Shown: piece by piece, positions 50,119 to 59,525 of the stretch
Layout: each line of letters starts with the position of its first letter
Numbering within the stretch: position 1 is the first letter of the stretch
DNA from: a virus
Taxonomy: Duplodnaviria > Caudoviricetes
Length of the DNA stretch: 64,000 bases
Reading direction: 5' to 3' (one strand)
Virus record (IMG/VR): IMGVR_UViG_3300020050_009224
Span: 1 to 64,000 of that record
The notes under the pieces: generated by a model
What the model was told of the DNA's origin: nothing
The model's input: only the letters and a program-made list of their open reading frames with translations
The model's database searches: none
Program-made: the position numbers and the translations under genes

Positions 50119-50204
50119 TATTTCCTCCTATGGATAGCCCAGCATAGGCTCTCCTATATTCATACTTTATAGTATTAGTATAGGGGAGAGAAGGAATACT
50201 GGGC
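50119..50204 (+). ncRNA. Three-way junction with loop-to-3'-tail pseudoknot
   Basis: Stems UUCCU/AGGAA, CCUAUG/CAUAGG and CUCUCCUAUA/UAUAGGGGAG; loop GCCCAG pairs with tail CUGGGC. Confidence 0.6.
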
Positions 50205-50310
50205 CTAATGTACCACAACTCATTTCCCAAGGATGAACAATTGTAATAATGCTAGGAATAGATTAGTATACATAAATACTAAGAGGATTACAATTGAGTA
50301 CAGAGGGTTT
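50201..50310 (+). ncRNA. Variant twister-like ribozyme with P5 insertion
   Basis: UAA-UGUA-CC...UCAU-UUCCCAAGG-AUGA-A-[CAAUUGUAAU...AUUACAAUUG]-AG-UACA-GAGGG; P1 is weak. Confidence 0.55.
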
Positions 50311-50744
50311 AAAACAAAACTGGAGCTTTCTAGCTAATCTTTTGAATGTCTTTGATAGTTTAACTACCTCAAAGTTTTAGCTCTAAACTATTATTAAATC
50401 CTTCTCAACTGAGTAATTGTTTTTATTAAACAAATTGCGTTGACATTCTAAACAGTTTTAAAATTTAATCTAGGAACTGTAAAGGGCAGCTCACCAAAAG
50501 TTTAAAACAAGAAGAGATTTGATTCATCTCCTAGATTATTTAATAACAACTAATACTTAAAAAACATGATGCCAGAACTAACACCTAGCTTTTTAAATCA
50601 CTTAAGGTATTTACCTATAGTGTGGAATGCAACTCCTAAATCTTGTAAAATGGATAAAAGAATAGGATGTAGAATACAACCATTAGACATTGATACATTG
50701 ATTTATGGAGTAGATTCAGTAATCTTTTTAAACTAGTTAAAACT

Positions 50745-51089
50745 ATGATTAAATTTAAAAAAATAATAGCAAAAGAAAACAACTTCATTTATAGATTTAA
50801 TCTTTACCTTAAAAAAGGCTCTATCAAATTACATTTAATATGTAGCGATGATACAAGAGAACCTCATAATCATCCTTGGGATTTTAAGAGCTTAATATTG
50901 TTTGGAGGTTACAAAGAGTTTAATGAAAAAGGAGTACAAACTAATTTTAGATTTTTATCTGTAAATAAAAAAGATACTTCTGTTTTTCATAGATTGGAGT
51001 TGTACAAACTATTGGGTATTAAAATACCTTGTTTAACCATTGGTAGATATTCAGAAAAAAAACAAACTTTTACATTCTTTAAAACTTAA
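50745..51089 (+). CDS. Cupin-like protein
   Basis: LH...SDD.REPHNHPWDF.SLIL.GGY.E...FHRL. Confidence 0.7.
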   Translation: MIKFKKIIAKENNFIYRFNLYLKKGSIKLHLICSDDTREPHNHPWDFKSLILFGGYKEFNEKGVQTNFRFLSVNKKDTSVFHRLELYKLLGIKIPCLTIGRYSEKKQTFTFFKT

Positions 51090-51092
51090 ACT

Positions 51093-51413
51093 ATGGCTGA
51101 AAGAAGAATAAAAAAAGATATTACATATATAGATCCAAGTAAAAAAGGAGCTTTATTATTATCTAAAAACAGAAAAATACAACTAACAAGACTTAAGCCT
51201 AAAAATGCTGATGATGGATTTAATATTCTTATTAGATCAACTTTGGGTGATGTAACAAAACCAGCTGTTGAGCACAAAGTTTTAAAAGGTAAGGTTAGAC
51301 AGTCACAAATTACTATTTCTTCAGAAGCAATGGCAGAAATTGTTAATATGTATCACATACTTACAGAAAAATCTGATTCAATTACATTAACTTGGAAAGA
51401 AAAACAATCTTAA
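51093..51413 (+). CDS. Hypothetical protein
   Basis: 106-aa ORF. Confidence 0.65.
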   Translation: MAERRIKKDITYIDPSKKGALLLSKNRKIQLTRLKPKNADDGFNILIRSTLGDVTKPAVEHKVLKGKVRQSQITISSEAMAEIVNMYHILTEKSDSITLTWKEKQS

Positions 51414-51426
51414 AACAAATAAACAA

Positions 51427-51591
51427 ATGGAAGAATTAATTGAAACTCCTTCAAAGAATAAACTTTTCAAAATTAGAAAAGGATATTCTAAGACAATGCA
51501 CAATCTTATGAAAAAATACAATGTAAAAACTGTAGAAGAGTATCGTAAAATCAGAAAAGCAAACAGAAAAAAATTAAGAAGCGACCTGTAG
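51427..51591 (+). CDS. Small basic protein (54 aa, not in ORF track)
   Basis: MEELIETPSKNKLFKIRKG...; A-rich leader; hairpin at 51625-51648 downstream. Confidence 0.55.
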   Translation: MEELIETPSKNKLFKIRKGYSKTMHNLMKKYNVKTVEEYRKIRKANRKKLRSDL

Positions 51592-51788
51592 TTAGGACAG
51601 GTTTTTGGTTTAGGTTTAGTGACTTAGGGTAGGAAACGTTCTACCCTTTGTTTTAGATTTAAGATATGAATAATTTCATAAATAAAAGAGAGCCAATCTA
51701 ACCACATTTGTAGTGGAGAAAAGGATGAATTTGTAAATGACCAAGTATCTTGAATCTAAAACAATTGTTTAATTAAATCTTTAAAAAC

Positions 51789-51965
51789 ATGAAACTAACA
51801 ATTTTAATCTTATCTGTTATTTGTATTGCAATTTGTATACATGCTAATTATATCCAAACTCAATACAGAAAACAAAATTTACAATTAATCCATGTTGTAA
51901 ATAGACAAAAGAACAAAATTTGGATGTATGAGCATTGTTACACAATAACATGTAAACAAAAATAA
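51789..51965 (+). CDS. Small membrane-anchored protein, paralogue 1 (not in ORF track)
   Basis: MKLTILILSVICIAICIHANY...WMYEHCYTITCKQK, clearly similar to 53208..53396. Confidence 0.75.
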   Translation: MKLTILILSVICIAICIHANYIQTQYRKQNLQLIHVVNRQKNKIWMYEHCYTITCKQK

Positions 51966-52007
51966 CAAGTGACCCAAGAGGATTAATTCCACAATGTAAA
52001 CTTGTTT

Positions 52008-52853
52008 AAAGAATAACTCAATATATGATTATAACTTACTTAATACCAAGAATAATTACTAGATGTTTGGTGTTGTAACACATTAATCTTACACCTATTA
52101 GGTAATTTGCATTGAGAGTTATTCTTTCTTTTATTTAGTATAGAGAAATACTCAAGAACCCTATACTGTCTGTTATTGCAACATCTATAGAATGACTAAG
52201 AAATCTTGTGTCTCTGTACTAAATAAAAGTAATTTAAAAACTTAAAATCACTTGCTTGAAGATAAACAATAACGTATGAATTGGTAGATAGGTAAGGTTC
52301 GATTCCTGTAAATTGTCCCTATTATTGTTATAAACTGTACTAGCAGTTGTGTTTATTGTAAAGATATTATTGAAAAATGAGTTTGCGAGTGTTAATTCAT
52401 GGCGCGATTATTAAAATGATATAGTATTCCACTAGAATTTGGACAAGTGATTTTATTAATGCACCATCTCATGTAGATATAATCGACTTCTTAGTGTCTC
52501 TTAGAGATAAAGAACTTGCTAAGCTGATTGGAGTAATCCATGTAATATTGGAGCTAGTCTAACCTAAAGGGTAGAGAATTGTAAAGCATACTTGAAAATA
52601 CATTGCATTGCATAAAATATGGTTCGAGTCCAGGAGGTCATGTTGTAAACAGCATGGCATCCAATAGGGTAGGTGGGTGCCCAATGTATATAATCTAAGT
52701 AAAGTATGTGGTGGCAGCTAAGTGTTAAACTGTAGGATTAATTACCTATGTATGCGGGAACTTAGCCTCAACAATAGTAATATTGTTGTAGTAGTTGTTA
52801 AGTTGATAAAGGAATAAGTCATGTATGAACTCCTCAAATAACAACATTGTGCA
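52008..52853 (+). ncRNA. Block of four abutting structured RNA domains (52008-52127, 52128-52229, 52243-52455, 52460-52853)
   Basis: Each has its own closing stem (12, 19, 12 and 5 bp); two tRNA-type T-loop hairpins at 52295-52307 and 52620-52632; no listed ORFs. Confidence 0.6.
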
Positions 52854-53207
52854 GACTGGAGTGATTACCAGTAACAAAAAATTAAAAATTATGAATTGGA
52901 ATAGTGATTGGACTAAAAATTTTCCTGTAACTTTAGGGATAGGAATTAGTTTAGGAATATTAATTGGAGTATTATTATGTATTAATTTATTTCAATTATA
53001 TTAAAGAACTTTTAGTATATAAGACAGACTTTATACAGATAAAATACAAGTACCTAAAGGTTTAAAGAGGGAACTTATGTTGTTAGACAGTTTAAAAACA
53101 GAATGTGACAGTATTGAAAAAACTGGAAGGATGTCACAATAACAAAGTGATTAAGGTTGAACACGCTTGTATTTTTATTAAATATTAACTTTAAAAACAA
53201 AAAAAAC

Positions 53208-53396
53208 ATGAAACTAACAATTTTAATCTTATCAATTATTTGTATTGCAGTTTGTGTACATGCTAATTATGTGCAAGAAAGATACAAAAAACAAAATCTT
53301 GCTCTTATCTATGCTTTTAATCGTCAAAGAAATAAAGTATGGATGTATGAACACTGTTACAAGATTACTTGTAAAGATAATGTAAAAACTAACTAA
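53208..53396 (+). CDS. Small membrane-anchored protein, paralogue 2
   Basis: ATG 53208 inferred from alignment with paralogue 1. Confidence 0.75.
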   Translation: MKLTILILSIICIAVCVHANYVQERYKKQNLALIYAFNRQRNKVWMYEHCYKITCKDNVKTN

Positions 53397-53398
53397 GT

Positions 53399-53659
53399 AT
53401 GTATTTCTACTTATTTCTAACCTTAGTTATGATAATATGGAATATTTATCAAGTTAATCCTTGTTTATTTTCATTACATGCTAAATATCTATATTTCTTT
53501 AATGGTAAACACAATATCTATAAATGCCATCTGTGTACTAATTATAAAAGTACTAGGACACCAAAAACAATGTATGGTAATTTAAAGGTAAATCAAAAAT
53601 ATCATAAAACTTTGGTAACACAGAGTTTTAAATTCATAAAATCTACTTATCTTTTTTAA
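53399..53659 (+). CDS. Hypothetical protein
   Basis: 86 aa; C...H...CxxC pattern. Confidence 0.45.
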   Translation: MYFYLFLTLVMIIWNIYQVNPCLFSLHAKYLYFFNGKHNIYKCHLCTNYKSTRTPKTMYGNLKVNQKYHKTLVTQSFKFIKSTYLF

Positions 53660-53839
53660 ACCATTCCTTTGTATAGTTGTAATAACAGTGACGGTGCTGG
53701 AATAAATATTAGCTGACCTTAATTTAAAGACCAGTAATGGTGTGCCATAAGAGAAATCTCACTAATCAAAGGAATCACCGATGTATATATGGTATTGGGA
53801 CTAACTATAAACTATGTAAATACCTGTGATTTATAATAG

Positions 53840-54136
53840 ATGTTAGAATATTTATTTATTACAACTTACATTGGAATTAAAAACTTAAATAATATGAAGA
53901 TAGGAGATAAACTCATTGATCTTGATAATTCTTTTATAGAATATGTCAAATTATACAATAAAGACATTGAAAAAGAAGAGAATAAAATGCTTATTGTAAA
54001 AAGAGAAGATTGTATTATTAAGGATATAATCAATGATTCTATTCAAGTTTATATAAGTAAATGCACAAATCATGGTATAAATTGTTTACAATGGTTCAGA
54101 ATAGAAAATTTTAATAAAAGATTCAAACTTAAATGA
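53840..54136 (+). CDS. Hypothetical protein (likely start MKIGDKL)
   Basis: ORF; SH3/KOW-like KIGD start. Confidence 0.55.
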   Translation: MLEYLFITTYIGIKNLNNMKIGDKLIDLDNSFIEYVKLYNKDIEKEENKMLIVKREDCIIKDIINDSIQVYISKCTNHGINCLQWFRIENFNKRFKLK

Positions 54137-54314
54137 TAAAGGTAAATCAAAGTTAAAAAACAAAAAGAAAGTTTTATGTGTAGAAGATAATCAAATATTT
54201 GATTCTTTAACACAAGCTTCTGAACATTACAATATTTCAATAACCACTATATCTAACATATTACATGGAAAAAGTAAAAAAGCAAGGAATGGAAAGTCTT
54301 TTCGTTTCTTATGA
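54105..54314 (+). pseudogene. Start-less NUMOD1-like DNA-binding domain remnant
   Basis: KKVLCVEDNQIFDSLTQASEHYNISITTISNILHGKSKKARNGKSFRFL*; no ATG after the upstream TAG. Confidence 0.6.
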
Positions 54315-54741
54315 GTTGGCTTTATTAGCTAAAGAAAAAGGATTTGATGAGCCTTGTTTTGCTGCTTGGTTTAAATATACAATACTAAATGATAAAAAGA
54401 TTGAATTAACTAAGCCAAAAGATAGTATTTATGGTGAAAATTTTCTTTTTAAAAATTCATTAGAAATATTTATAGATAATAGTATAAGTGGTAAAGGAGA
54501 TGGAGCTAAATGTTCAGCACCTCTTTATCAACAATTAGTTGATTGGTTTAGAGAAAAACATAAACTATATATCGAAGTTTCTTGGATTACAACAAATGAT
54601 GAAATAAATCATAAAGTTAATTTTTGGTATATGATAACTAAAGAAGATGTTTTAGAATTTGATTTAGAATCTCCAAAAGAATTTGACTCATATTATGAAG
54701 CTCTAAACAAAGCATTAACTGAAGCATTTAAACTAATTTAA
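54289..54741 (+). CDS. Conserved-type Bacteroidota phage protein
   Basis: VSYELALLAKEKGFDEPC...SAPLYQQLVDWFREKH...YYEAL..AL..AFKLI; probable start MESLF. Confidence 0.65.
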   Translation: MESLFVSYELALLAKEKGFDEPCFAAWFKYTILNDKKIELTKPKDSIYGENFLFKNSLEIFIDNSISGKGDGAKCSAPLYQQLVDWFREKHKLYIEVSWITTNDEINHKVNFWYMITKEDVLEFDLESPKEFDSYYEALNKALTEAFKLI

Positions 54742-54742
54742 C

Positions 54743-54991
54743 ATGGAACCAAAAAATTTAGAAAAATTAGCAGTATTAATGGGATTATCTTTTAAAGAAA
54801 AAAGTAATTTTCCTGATATGTTAGCTAAAGGAACAAGAGTATTTGATGGAATAAATGGGCAAAGATTTTTAATTGAGTCCTCTTGGTCCGATGATAAAAT
54901 ATATCAAGAATTAGGCAAAGCTCTTATTTCTATCGGTAAAAGACAAAAATGTATGGAAATTAATAAAATTTTATCAATAACCTCTGATTAA
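54743..54991 (+). CDS. Hypothetical protein
   Basis: 82-aa coupled ORF. Confidence 0.6.
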   Translation: MEPKNLEKLAVLMGLSFKEKSNFPDMLAKGTRVFDGINGQRFLIESSWSDDKIYQELGKALISIGKRQKCMEINKILSITSD

Positions 54992-55527
54992 CATGGAAAA
55001 GAATATATTAAGAAGTAATAGTTTACTATCAAGATTAGAAAAAATAGGAAATTCAACTGATGAAAAAGTACATCAAATACTTGAAAATCAAGTAGTTATG
55101 ATGGAAGCTTTACAAAAGCAAAAGGATAAATTTAATGATTATTAAAATGAAAAAATGAAAAACTTAAAATAATATGCAACTATTTCTAACTTTCTATTAT
55201 TTATTTTTAAAAGAATACTAGATAAAAACAAACAAAAATGATAGATTTTAATAAAAAAATTCAAGAAAAATTTAATCAGATGTGTGAATCTGGTAATTAA
55301 ATACAACAACCCCCGTTATTTATGCAACAAAAAACTTATTTATCGTTTAAAGCTTTAAAAGAACTTCAAAATCTCTATTCTTATCATCAATATTGGAAAG
55401 AATCTCAAAATGAACCAATGCTGCAAAGGATAGAAAATGAAATTCGAATATTTAAAATGAACCATAATATGGCTGATTAATTTAGCTTTTATTATTTAAT
55501 TAGTACAAACTAACTAAAATTCAGTAA

Positions 55528-55779
55528 ATGGAAATCAAAGAAAGAACTATACTGGAATTTTTTAATGAATTTCCAGAACCTTATAAAACTCAGGCTATTC
55601 ATAACTACAATGAAAAACCATTGTCAAAAGATAAACATCTTCATCATTGGGCTGCTTTAATAAGTGGTTTTGAATGGGCACTTACTAAAGAAGAAGGTAA
55701 ATATTGGGATAATTTTTATAAAGACTTAGTAACTGAAAAAGTTATATTAACAGCTGGTAATCATTGTGAAATCTATTAA
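55528..55779 (+). CDS. Small protein ending HCEIY
   Basis: 83 aa; F.W..T.E...YW motif; variant of the YEIY tail. Confidence 0.65.
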   Translation: MEIKERTILEFFNEFPEPYKTQAIHNYNEKPLSKDKHLHHWAALISGFEWALTKEEGKYWDNFYKDLVTEKVILTAGNHCEIY

Positions 55780-55799
55780 TAAACAAATTTAACACAAAT

Positions 55800-56711
55800 A
55801 TGAGCGCAAAAAGATTTTCAAAAGATGAACTTTATAGTAAAATATATAGTTTAAATAAGAAAGATAAGATGAAATATCCAGCTAATGGTTATAATACTCT
55901 ACAAACTGCTAAAAGACTCTTACAAGAATATGCAAACAGAGATTATACAGATAGAGCTATTTCTAAAACTCATAGAGAAATAACTAGGATAAAATGACAA
56001 GAAGGCACCATAAAAAGCTTCAGGCACTATGTAAAGATAATTTAAAAATATCTGGAAGTAGTGCTTGGCTTTCTGATTTAGATTCCTTAGCTAATAATCA
56101 ACATTCTTATTTTAGAATAATAGCTTTGATAGGAAGTAACAATTTAAGTGGTAAAATAAAACATTTTAAACATTTATTAAACTAATGAAAATAATTTTAT
56201 TTATACTTCCTTCTATTTTTGGATTTATTGCTATATTTTTTGCTTTAAAGGTATTTTTTGCTTTAAAGGTTATTATAAGCGCATTTAATCCAGATATTGA
56301 TGAAAATTACACTATAAATTATACACCAGTTTATACAAATATGGCTAAAGCAATTTTATTTTTAATAATTCAATATTCACTAATTTTTATATTATCATGA
56401 AAAATTTATTATTACAAAAACCTTGGGTTATCACTGGATTTATAGCTGTAATATGCTTTATTATAGGCTATTGTGGAAAATTTCAAGAGGCTGCTAAAAA
56501 ATCTACTAATCAATCTTACAAAGATAGTTTAGATTTAGTAAATCAAGAATTCTGCATAGCTAGAGAAAAGCTAATTATAACTAATTCTTTAATTACTAAA
56601 CTTGAAGAAAAAGCAATTTATTTAAATAAGTACATTATTTTTAGACAAGAAGAACTAATGGATTTATGTCCTAAAACACATTATCATGTCTCAAATAAAC
56701 GTAGATACTAA
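55800..56711 (+). other. Four small coupled hypothetical ORFs (55800, 55994, 56185, 56397); the last two are membrane-type
   Basis: Overlapping start/stop codons in the ORF track. Confidence 0.55.
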
Positions 56712-56961
56712 AAAGAAAAAAGTCATTGAAATTTATTCTGATTGTAGTTATGAGTTTGACAAACTATATAAATTTACACTTGAGAAAATAAGTAATGGTG
56801 AAACTACTTGGAAAGCTCATATAGAAGGTTTAGATCCACAAGATCCTTTTTATTTTAAACTAACTGAAGCAATTATTAATCATTTTAAAAAGAATCCTAT
56901 ATGAATTAGAAAAGGCAAAAATTCTGTTTAAACCTATTGAAATAATTTATGAAGTTTATTA
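56686..56961 (+). CDS. Hypothetical protein, apparently frameshifted near 56900 (continuation ends IIYEVY)
   Basis: Listed ORF stops at 56904; the +1 frame continues YELEKAKILFKPIEIIYEVY*. Confidence 0.5.
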
Positions 56962-57133
56962 ACTTAAAAGCAAGGAGTATCTAAGAGATATTTAGAAGGT
57001 CATAACTTCCTCCCTGCGCTATTATTTGTTATCCAAATCTTACAGCCCAAAAACTATTGTTAGGGACTGATTGTATTTCGATAGTAAATAGTCAAACATT
57101 AAATATATTAAAAACAACAAAAATTCAAGAAAC

Positions 57134-57628
57134 ATGAAAGAGTATGGTTTAGCAGTTGTATCAGTAAGTGATTACAACAACAACAATCCACTTCAGTCAG
57201 TAATTGACAGAAATGGTAAACAATCTGTAATTTTGACTTCAGTAGCAGGTAGAATTCCTAATAAGAATGTTCTTACAGGAACAGTTGCTGAAAGTGCAAA
57301 AATTGTAGCAGGTGAAATGTGCCTAGTACAAATTATGGAGTATGAAGAAGGAGATCCACAAGTTCTTGATGGCCGCATAGACCTTAAAGAATATGGAAGA
57401 ACTTTCAATTACCGTAAATTGGAAAAAGTATCAGGTCTCCAGCTTGATGAGTACAGAGCTAAACTCGGTAAAGCAGAAGTAGAAATTGTAGCAACTGATA
57501 AAAAAGAAGTGCCACAAGGACTTATTGATGAAAGAAAAGCTCGTCAAGAAGAATCTGTAAGCCGTAGAAATGAAAGAGAAAAGAAAGCTGCAACTATGGT
57601 AGCTAGTGATTTCAGAGGTGTCTTCTAA
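57134..57628 (+). CDS. Hypothetical protein, probably highly expressed
   Basis: 164 aa, biased codons, terminator downstream. Confidence 0.75.
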   Translation: MKEYGLAVVSVSDYNNNNPLQSVIDRNGKQSVILTSVAGRIPNKNVLTGTVAESAKIVAGEMCLVQIMEYEEGDPQVLDGRIDLKEYGRTFNYRKLEKVSGLQLDEYRAKLGKAEVEIVATDKKEVPQGLIDERKARQEESVSRRNEREKKAATMVASDFRGVF

Positions 57629-57651
57629 CCTTTGATTATTGTAAATGTGAG

Positions 57652-57687
57652 GAAATGGGTAGAGTAAAATTTACCCATTTCTTTTTT
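57652..57687 (+). terminator. Intrinsic terminator
   Basis: GAAAUGGGUAGA...UUUACCCAUUUC followed by a U-run. Confidence 0.75.
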
Positions 57688-57709
57688 ACTATTAAATCTT
57701 AAAAAAATT

Positions 57710-58024
57710 ATGGGATATACAACACCAGTCTTTAAAAAAGGAAATTATTACACAGCTACAAGTAGAAATAAAAGTAATGATGAAATAGATTGCATTTTTC
57801 AATGTACAGAAGATAATAATTTGTATGTTAGTACCAAAATGTTACTTGTTTATACTGAGGCTTATGAAAGTCATGACTATGGATTTGATACTTCAGACCT
57901 TGAAGATTTTTATTTTAAAGAAGCTACATTTGAACAAATTGCATGGCTTAAAGCTTGTATAGAAGCTGATGACTTTGTTCCTTTTGAAGAAGTAAAATTA
58001 AATGTTAATTACGAAATATATTAA
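57710..58024 (+). CDS. YEIY-tail family protein
   Basis: FKKGNYY...EATFEQI...NYEIY*. Confidence 0.75.
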   Translation: MGYTTPVFKKGNYYTATSRNKSNDEIDCIFQCTEDNNLYVSTKMLLVYTEAYESHDYGFDTSDLEDFYFKEATFEQIAWLKACIEADDFVPFEEVKLNVNYEIY

Positions 58025-58031
58025 AAGTAAT

Positions 58032-58343
58032 ATGGAAAAACAAACACTTCTTAAATCTGATTTTAAAGCTGGTAATTTTTATACTCATGTACAACCTAAA
58101 AGCGCAGGTGTTTGGGTAATTGAAGTAATTGAAACTAACAAAAGCTGTAATTATGTTTATACAGGAGCTGGACTTATCTTTAGTAAAGATTATATTTGGA
58201 ATAATGATCCTACTAGTTACACTAAGGATGCTATTTATAGATTATCAACTCCAGAAGAAATTCAACATTTTCACAAAGCAGCAAAAGAGAATGGATATAT
58301 CTCTCCAATTATATCTTATGAAGTAGCATATGAAATCTACTAA
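58032..58343 (+). CDS. YEIY-tail family protein
   Basis: Probable ATG start MEKQTLL; DFKAGNFY...STPEEI...AYEIY*. Confidence 0.75.
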   Translation: MEKQTLLKSDFKAGNFYTHVQPKSAGVWVIEVIETNKSCNYVYTGAGLIFSKDYIWNNDPTSYTKDAIYRLSTPEEIQHFHKAAKENGYISPIISYEVAYEIY

Positions 58344-58394
58344 AACAAGTAAATTATTTAATTTTTATATATAAACAACAAATCAATTTTTATT

Positions 58395-58877
58395 ATGGGA
58401 AAAAACACAGTAAAAGCAAACTCAACAGCAGTTTCAGTTAGTAGTAAATTTACACAAGCCGATGTACCAACATTGCTTGAACAAGTAAATGCAAAAATCA
58501 AAGAACTAAAAGGAGAAGAAAGTGAGTCCGTAAGGATTACTACAGGACTTGGCCCTTTTGGCTTAATCTCATCTATCAAAGATCCAGGAGTATTGATTGC
58601 AGCCTGCTCTTATATCCGTAAAAAAGCAGCAGCTTACAAAGAACTTGTACCAGAATTCCAAGATATGGTTAAATCTTGTAAAATTCCTGCTTTTAAAGAA
58701 GGTGGCCACTCAGAGGAAGCATGGGAAAAAGAAATCAAACTTCAATTCCGTAGTGCTACTTTTGAAGCTGAAATTCAAAAACTTACTCAAATTAAAACTG
58801 AGTTGGAATCTTGCCTTTCAGAAGATATGAAACTTGCTGCAAAGTTGGCAAATATTTCAGATTTGCTTACTCAATAA
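58395..58877 (+). CDS. Hypothetical helical protein
   Basis: 160 aa; hairpin at 58891-58926 downstream. Confidence 0.75.
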   Translation: MGKNTVKANSTAVSVSSKFTQADVPTLLEQVNAKIKELKGEESESVRITTGLGPFGLISSIKDPGVLIAACSYIRKKAAAYKELVPEFQDMVKSCKIPAFKEGGHSEEAWEKEIKLQFRSATFEAEIQKLTQIKTELESCLSEDMKLAAKLANISDLLTQ

Positions 58878-58941
58878 TTCAGTAATCAAGTAATAAAGAG
58901 GGTGGATTTTTCTGCCCTCTTATTATTTTAAACTTTAACTT

Positions 58942-59169
58942 ATGTCAAAATTTAAAATAGGAGATACAGTAAAATGCATTGAAGTAGAAAATATAGATTA
59001 TTTGGATGATTTTCCAGGAGCAGGTTGGGTTAAAGATAGGGAGTTTAAAATAGATTCTATCTGGTCAGAAGATGATGAACAAGGAGCTTGCTATGGATCT
59101 AATAATTTTTCCAATGGAATTAGAGAAGGGGCTTTAGAATTAGTTATAACTCACTATGAAATTTATTAA
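58942..59169 (+). CDS. YEIY-tail protein, SH3/KOW-like start
   Basis: KFKIGDTVK...THYEIY*. Confidence 0.7.
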   Translation: MSKFKIGDTVKCIEVENIDYLDDFPGAGWVKDREFKIDSIWSEDDEQGACYGSNNFSNGIREGALELVITHYEIY

Positions 59170-59191
59170 CAATTAAAAACAAAAAAACATT

Positions 59192-59509
59192 ATGGTAAAT
59201 TACAAGGTATATCCTGATAACTTACCTAACACCAATAAAGAAATAGAACAACTTTTAGAAAAACTACTGAAAGAAAAAGTTTTAAATAATCCTAAATACA
59301 ATTATAAAGAATTAGGAATAGAAGATCATTCTGGTACACAATTTACGATTAATCATAAATGTACAATGAATTTTAAAGGTGTTTTGGTAATACATATTTT
59401 AGGAGCGTATTATGAGCACTCTAAATTTTATTCTACAGCTTTTTTTAATGCTGAAATTCAAAAAAAGCTAAATGCTTTTGAAGAGTACTTAAGAACAAAA
59501 CCTCAATAA
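59192..59509 (+). CDS. Hypothetical protein
   Basis: 105-aa ORF. Confidence 0.6.
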   Translation: MVNYKVYPDNLPNTNKEIEQLLEKLLKEKVLNNPKYNYKELGIEDHSGTQFTINHKCTMNFKGVLVIHILGAYYEHSKFYSTAFFNAEIQKKLNAFEEYLRTKPQ

Positions 59510-59525
59510 TTCTAGTAACACAACT

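Noticed and set aside
50119-50204. HDV-like/theta ribozyme
   Set aside because: No P3/L3 or P1.1 in the required order; only a three-way junction with one pseudoknot.
52243-52853. tRNA genes, tmRNA or group I/II intron
   Set aside because: T-loops lack acceptor, D and anticodon arms; no tmRNA-like ends or intron core motifs were seen, and no interrupted gene flanks the region.
44650-53800. Hammerhead or pistol ribozymes
   Set aside because: No complete CUGAnGA...GAAA core or pistol consensus found by eye; an Infernal scan is needed to exclude them fully.
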